A stretch of 64,000 nucleotides of DNA. It comes from Nitrospirota bacterium. GTDB lineage: Bacteria > Nitrospirota > Nitrospiria > Nitrospirales > Nitrospiraceae. The translations under genes were made by a program, and so were the position numbers. The notes under the pieces are model-generated. The model did not search any database, was not told the origin of the DNA, and saw nothing but the letters and a program-made list of their open reading frames with translations. Location of the stretch: positions 1-64,000 of the forward strand of contig CAVPBK010000009.1 in assembly GCA_963701855.1 (NCBI GenBank). Direction: 5' to 3'. Shown here piece by piece: positions 60,189-64,000 of this stretch; positions within the stretch are counted from its first letter, which is position 1; each line of letters begins with the position of its first letter.

Positions 60189-60596
60189 ATGAAAATCCGC
60201 AGATCCTTCTTCGCACTGACACTTGTCAGTCTCATATTCGTCGGTCTGCTTGCTCTAAGCATCCCGGTCCCAGGATTCGCTCAGCCGCACACATGCCAAT
60301 CAAACTTGTCGGGTCATTGGCCATCGAGCCCGTATGGGCTAGGTGGAGTTAATAGTTTCACCTTTTTGTTCGCCAGGGACTGCACAATCCCCTCTGGTGC
60401 GATAACATTAAAATGGTTCATCAACAAATATTCTGATAATTCTCCACTCTGTACTGCTACAGCTCCAGCAAATTTCACTTCTACATCGAATCCGCCGTAT
60501 ACGGTCAGCGTACCATGCGGATCCCTCCCAATTGGACTAGGGCCACAGGTGAAAGTGACCCTTTCCTACCAGACAACGTCGGGAGGCTCTGGATGA
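60189..60596 (+). CDS. Small secreted protein with four Cys
   Basis: RBS AGGAGG, signal peptide ending PGFA. C-terminus may be frameshift-truncated. Confidence 0.7.
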   Translation: MKIRRSFFALTLVSLIFVGLLALSIPVPGFAQPHTCQSNLSGHWPSSPYGLGGVNSFTFLFARDCTIPSGAITLKWFINKYSDNSPLCTATAPANFTSTSNPPYTVSVPCGSLPIGLGPQVKVTLSYQTTSGGSG

Positions 60597-60677
60597 ACCA
60601 TCCTCAGCAGACTTATTACAACCGAAAACCATGACGCCGGTTTGCGCTGACAGCGTCACACTTAGTGGAGAATGGAC

Positions 60678-61136
60678 ATGAAAATCTCAGGTCTTTGCCA
60701 AAGAATTTCGAGCTTAGTGGCAGGAGGAACTCTCTTGGTGAGCTGCTTTCTACTCTCAGGCTAATATTTTATTAAGACCCATACTCTGTTCGGAGAAGAA
60801 CTCGACAAGTTTCCTTCCGTCGTTCTAACCGCGCAGAATCATGATTGTACCACTTACGTGTTCGATTGGAACGTGTCCACAATTGGTGGAGTCTCGTTAT
60901 CTAAATTCAAACCGAAGGCAACGTATTGGAGGCTGCATCTCTTTAAGTTTTCTACTGGCGATCTCATTGCCCCTGCTAACGCCAATTGGAAACTCTTGGA
61001 ATACGACACAAAAGAAACATATGAAAAGCTTACATGCAATATATTGTATCGGGCTGATCTTGACCTTACCGATAGTATCGAATCTGGGGAGCATGCTAGG
61101 ACTTACAGCCTAAACTTTTTATTACACGACGAGTAG
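60678..61136 (+). pseudogene. Membrane-anchored hypothetical protein, frameshift near 60763
   Basis: MKISGLCQRISSLVAGGTLLVSCFLLSG then a frame change into the ORF ending at 61136. Lower GC than flanks. Confidence 0.5.
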
Positions 61137-61354
61137 CGCGCGGCTCCAGCCTTGCATCGGGCCGGACAGCAAGTCAAGCCGGCTCGATGTGCGCTCTTCG
61201 TTGGGCGCAGAGACTTGTCAGGGTAGATGCTCAAAGTGTTTTTCATGCAATCAAGACTTTGGCTTAGCCACGATTGAGCAGTCTTGGCATGGCAATTGTG
61301 GAATTGACGTCAAGAAGCGTGCCGTATGATTCCTTTCGTTGAGACATCAGGAGG

Positions 61355-64000
61355 ATGAATCATGCAACGTATCTTCCTGTTTTGGATGCCGGCTCCGAGC
61401 CGTCTTTCACGATACTTGTTCTTGGACTTCTGCTACCGTGGCTTTTCTACGTACCGATTGCAAGTAACGTTCAAGCCGGAGTCCCTACGGCGATCTCTCC
61501 GACTGACGGGACTGGAAGCCCTGCCAGCCTTGGTACAGTCATTACTTCAGGAACCTCTACCGTTCCGACCAATCTATGCATCGCAAGCTGTGTGATCACA
61601 GGGGGAACCACCGCTGGCCACAATCTCTTCCACAGTTTCGGTGACTTCAATATCGGCGTATCGGACAGCGCCCGATTCCAAACGGGACTCGTCAACCCTC
61701 TCCCCGATCCAAGCGTGTCAAATATTCTTGCCCGGGTCACGGGAGGGCTTCGAATCTATTCGGAAACTTGGACAGCGCCACCTACTACCCTTCCGCCAAT
61801 CTGTTCCTAATGAACCCTGCAGGATTTTTGTTCGGGCCGAATGCCACCATCAACGTCGGCGGGATGGTGGCCTTTACCAGTGCCGATTACCTCCAGCTGA
61901 CAGATGCGCACGTTTCAACGCGATTCCCAATCTGGCAGCCGATGCATTGCTGACTGCTTTGCCGGTTGCCTCGTTTGGATTCTTGGGATCAAATCCGGGA
62001 GCCATCACCATTCAGGGAACCCAGTTCTCCGTAACAGAAGGGCAAGGTATCTCTCTCGTCGGCGGCAAAGTAACGATTCAGTCAGGCACACCTGATGGCG
62101 GGATCAGCACCAGCTCAACTTCGGCACCAAACGGCAAGATTCAGCTGGCCAGCGCCGCCTCGCCCGGAGAGTTCGACGCCGCAACGCTCCAGGCGCTGCC
62201 AAGGGAGTGATCATCGTCGTTCACCTCCTTGGATCCATCGCTCTAGCATCGGGCTCAAGTATCGAACGTCAGGGCGCGAGTACGGTTTCGATTATAGGCG
62301 GGAAATTTGTTATCTCGGTGAACAACGCGGTGCTCTCCACTCACCTCTTCGCAGACCCCAGCCTGTCAAAGACGATTTCGCTGAGCCCAGGCAGTTCAAT
62401 AGTGATGTCAAATTCTGGAACAGATCTGGGCACTGACATACAGCTCATCGCCTCGAACGTCCAGATAGACGGAGCTTCCATTATCACTAGCCCTATTGAG
62501 GGGAGTATCGGAAAGGGAGGCAACGTCACGATCATGGCTACAGGCCCTGCCTCCTTCAATAACTCATTCATCGATACGCATTCTGACGTTGCCAATGGCG
62601 GCGGCGGAGCAGTCAAGGTGTCGGCTTCGGATCTGACTCTGCATAACACCACTATTATGACAAGCGTCTTCGGAGACGGTGTTACCCCAGTGACGAGCGG
62701 CGGTGGAGGTGGGGCAGTGACATTAAGAAAATACCACAAACGGATCATTCTCCATGACCGACTCAGCAATTGATACCTCTTCATCTTATGCCGGGAAAGG
62801 TGGAGAGGTGACGTTCACGGGCACTGAGAGTGTCACTCTGACACGATGCGAATATCCATACGGATTCATTCTTTCCAGTTTTAAATAACAATGCAAATAG
62901 CGGCGCAGTGGGCGCACGGCTCTCCTGTGGTTTTCTCTTCAAGGACAGCTTTATCTCTACATCTGTCAATGGAGACGTTGCCACACCCATAACAGCAAAT
63001 AGCGGGGCAGTCAACGCTGACCGGAATAAGGAGTGTATCCTTGCTACGCTCGTCAATCGATACCAATTCCTTTAACACCGAGGGGAATTCCGGTTCGGTA
63101 ATGATAACGGCTCCCACCGTCACTATGGTCGGAGACCCGAACCTTGTCGGGGCTGGTATTACTACTGGTACACATAATTTCTCGGGAGATCCTAATTCTG
63201 GCAATGGCGGAGATATCGTGATCACGTCAACGGTAACCAACGTGACCTTCACCGGGGCACATCTCGATAGTGCGGCCGACGGCCTCGGAGGATTCGGCCG
63301 CAAAGGAGGAGACATTCGGATTAGTGGCGCTCAAAGCATCCTTCTCGACAACGGAACGGTCTTCCTGTCCTCGACAAATAGCAAGGGCAACGCGGGGAAC
63401 ATGAGACTGGTGAGCCCGCATGTGACGATCAGAGGGCAGAGTACGCTTTCAAGTTCTACGTTTGCACAAGGGAGTGCAGGAACAATCACAATCACAGGCA
63501 AAGAGAATATTGCTATCGAATCGAGTTCGGCTCTCTTCACACTCGCAGACAGTGGGAGTCAAGGGCCGGCGGGACATATCGAGTTCAATACCCCGCAAGT
63601 TGACGATTGTTGGAGGAAGTCGAGTTCACAGTGAAACCTTCGGCTCAGGCCCAGGCGGTACTGTTACCGTCCAAGGCATCACTGGTCCTGCACAGTCGGT
63701 CTTGATCAGCGATCCCGGCAGCGGCATCTTCACCAACACGCGCGATACCGGCGCGGGCGGAATATCTTCGTAATGCCAACTCGGTCACGCTTCAGAACGG
63801 CGGCACGCTCTCGGCAACAACATCAGGTACTGCATCCTCGGCCACAGGCGGCACGATCACGGTGGACGCGGCGAATACCATCACCATGAACAGTGCCTCA
63901 ATCACGGCCAAGAGCGACGGGAGTGGCGAATGCCGGCAGCATCGATCTCACCGCGATGAACGGATTTACGATGCAGAACAGTACCATCACGACACAAGCT
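61355..64000 (+). pseudogene. Second filamentous-haemagglutinin-domain exoprotein, multiple frameshifts, runs off window
   Basis: NLFHSFGDF, NILARVTGG, NLFLMNPAGFLFGPNA and FGFLGSNPGAITIQG spread over at least six ORFs. Paralogue of 54764-58150. Confidence 0.85.

Noticed and set aside
61130..61206. attC-like palindrome after the 60678-61136 gene
   Set aside because: It ends in GTTGGGC and has an inner hairpin, but lacks an AAC R'' box and paired L boxes. It could be a plain hairpin.
61285..61300. Third sigma54 promoter TGGCATGGCAATTGT before the second FHA gene
   Set aside because: The -12 element deviates and no matching enhancer palindrome is nearby. Possible but unsupported.

Overview
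Bacterial chromosomal window, most likely Nitrospira/Nitrospirota. This is inferred from protein style, gene order and intergenic repeats, not proven. 1-3.4 kb is the right end of an element integrated in tRNA-Ser(CGA): only the tRNA 3' half remains, with arm-type repeats beside it. It carries an IS3-family element interrupted by a class A-like group II intron whose RT is frameshifted. 7.1-9.55 kb is a three-cassette integron-like array (HNH-like, HEPN-like and hypothetical genes with attC sites) with no integrase in the window. 9.9-49.6 kb is mostly intact housekeeping: panE fusion, cobB, RomR-like regulator-valS-nadC-birA-coaX, grpE-dnaK-dnaJ-rsmE, cinA-thpR, recA-recX-alaS-ruvX-mltG-deoC-deoB-ridA and hemQ/chdC. 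It ends in ppx, two thymidylate-kinase-like genes and sixA, which looks like a bacterial heteromeric polyphosphate kinase system. 49.8-64 kb holds two paralogous sigma54-driven modules (palindromic enhancer, ~300-bp repeated leader, small secreted proteins, filamentous-haemagglutinin-domain protein) separated by a VapC-type toxin-antitoxin pair. Intergenic space is crowded with at least five repeat/MITE families. One is a 9-mer hairpin family that repeatedly starts exactly at stop codons. Frameshifts cluster in accessory genes and could be real decay or assembly error.
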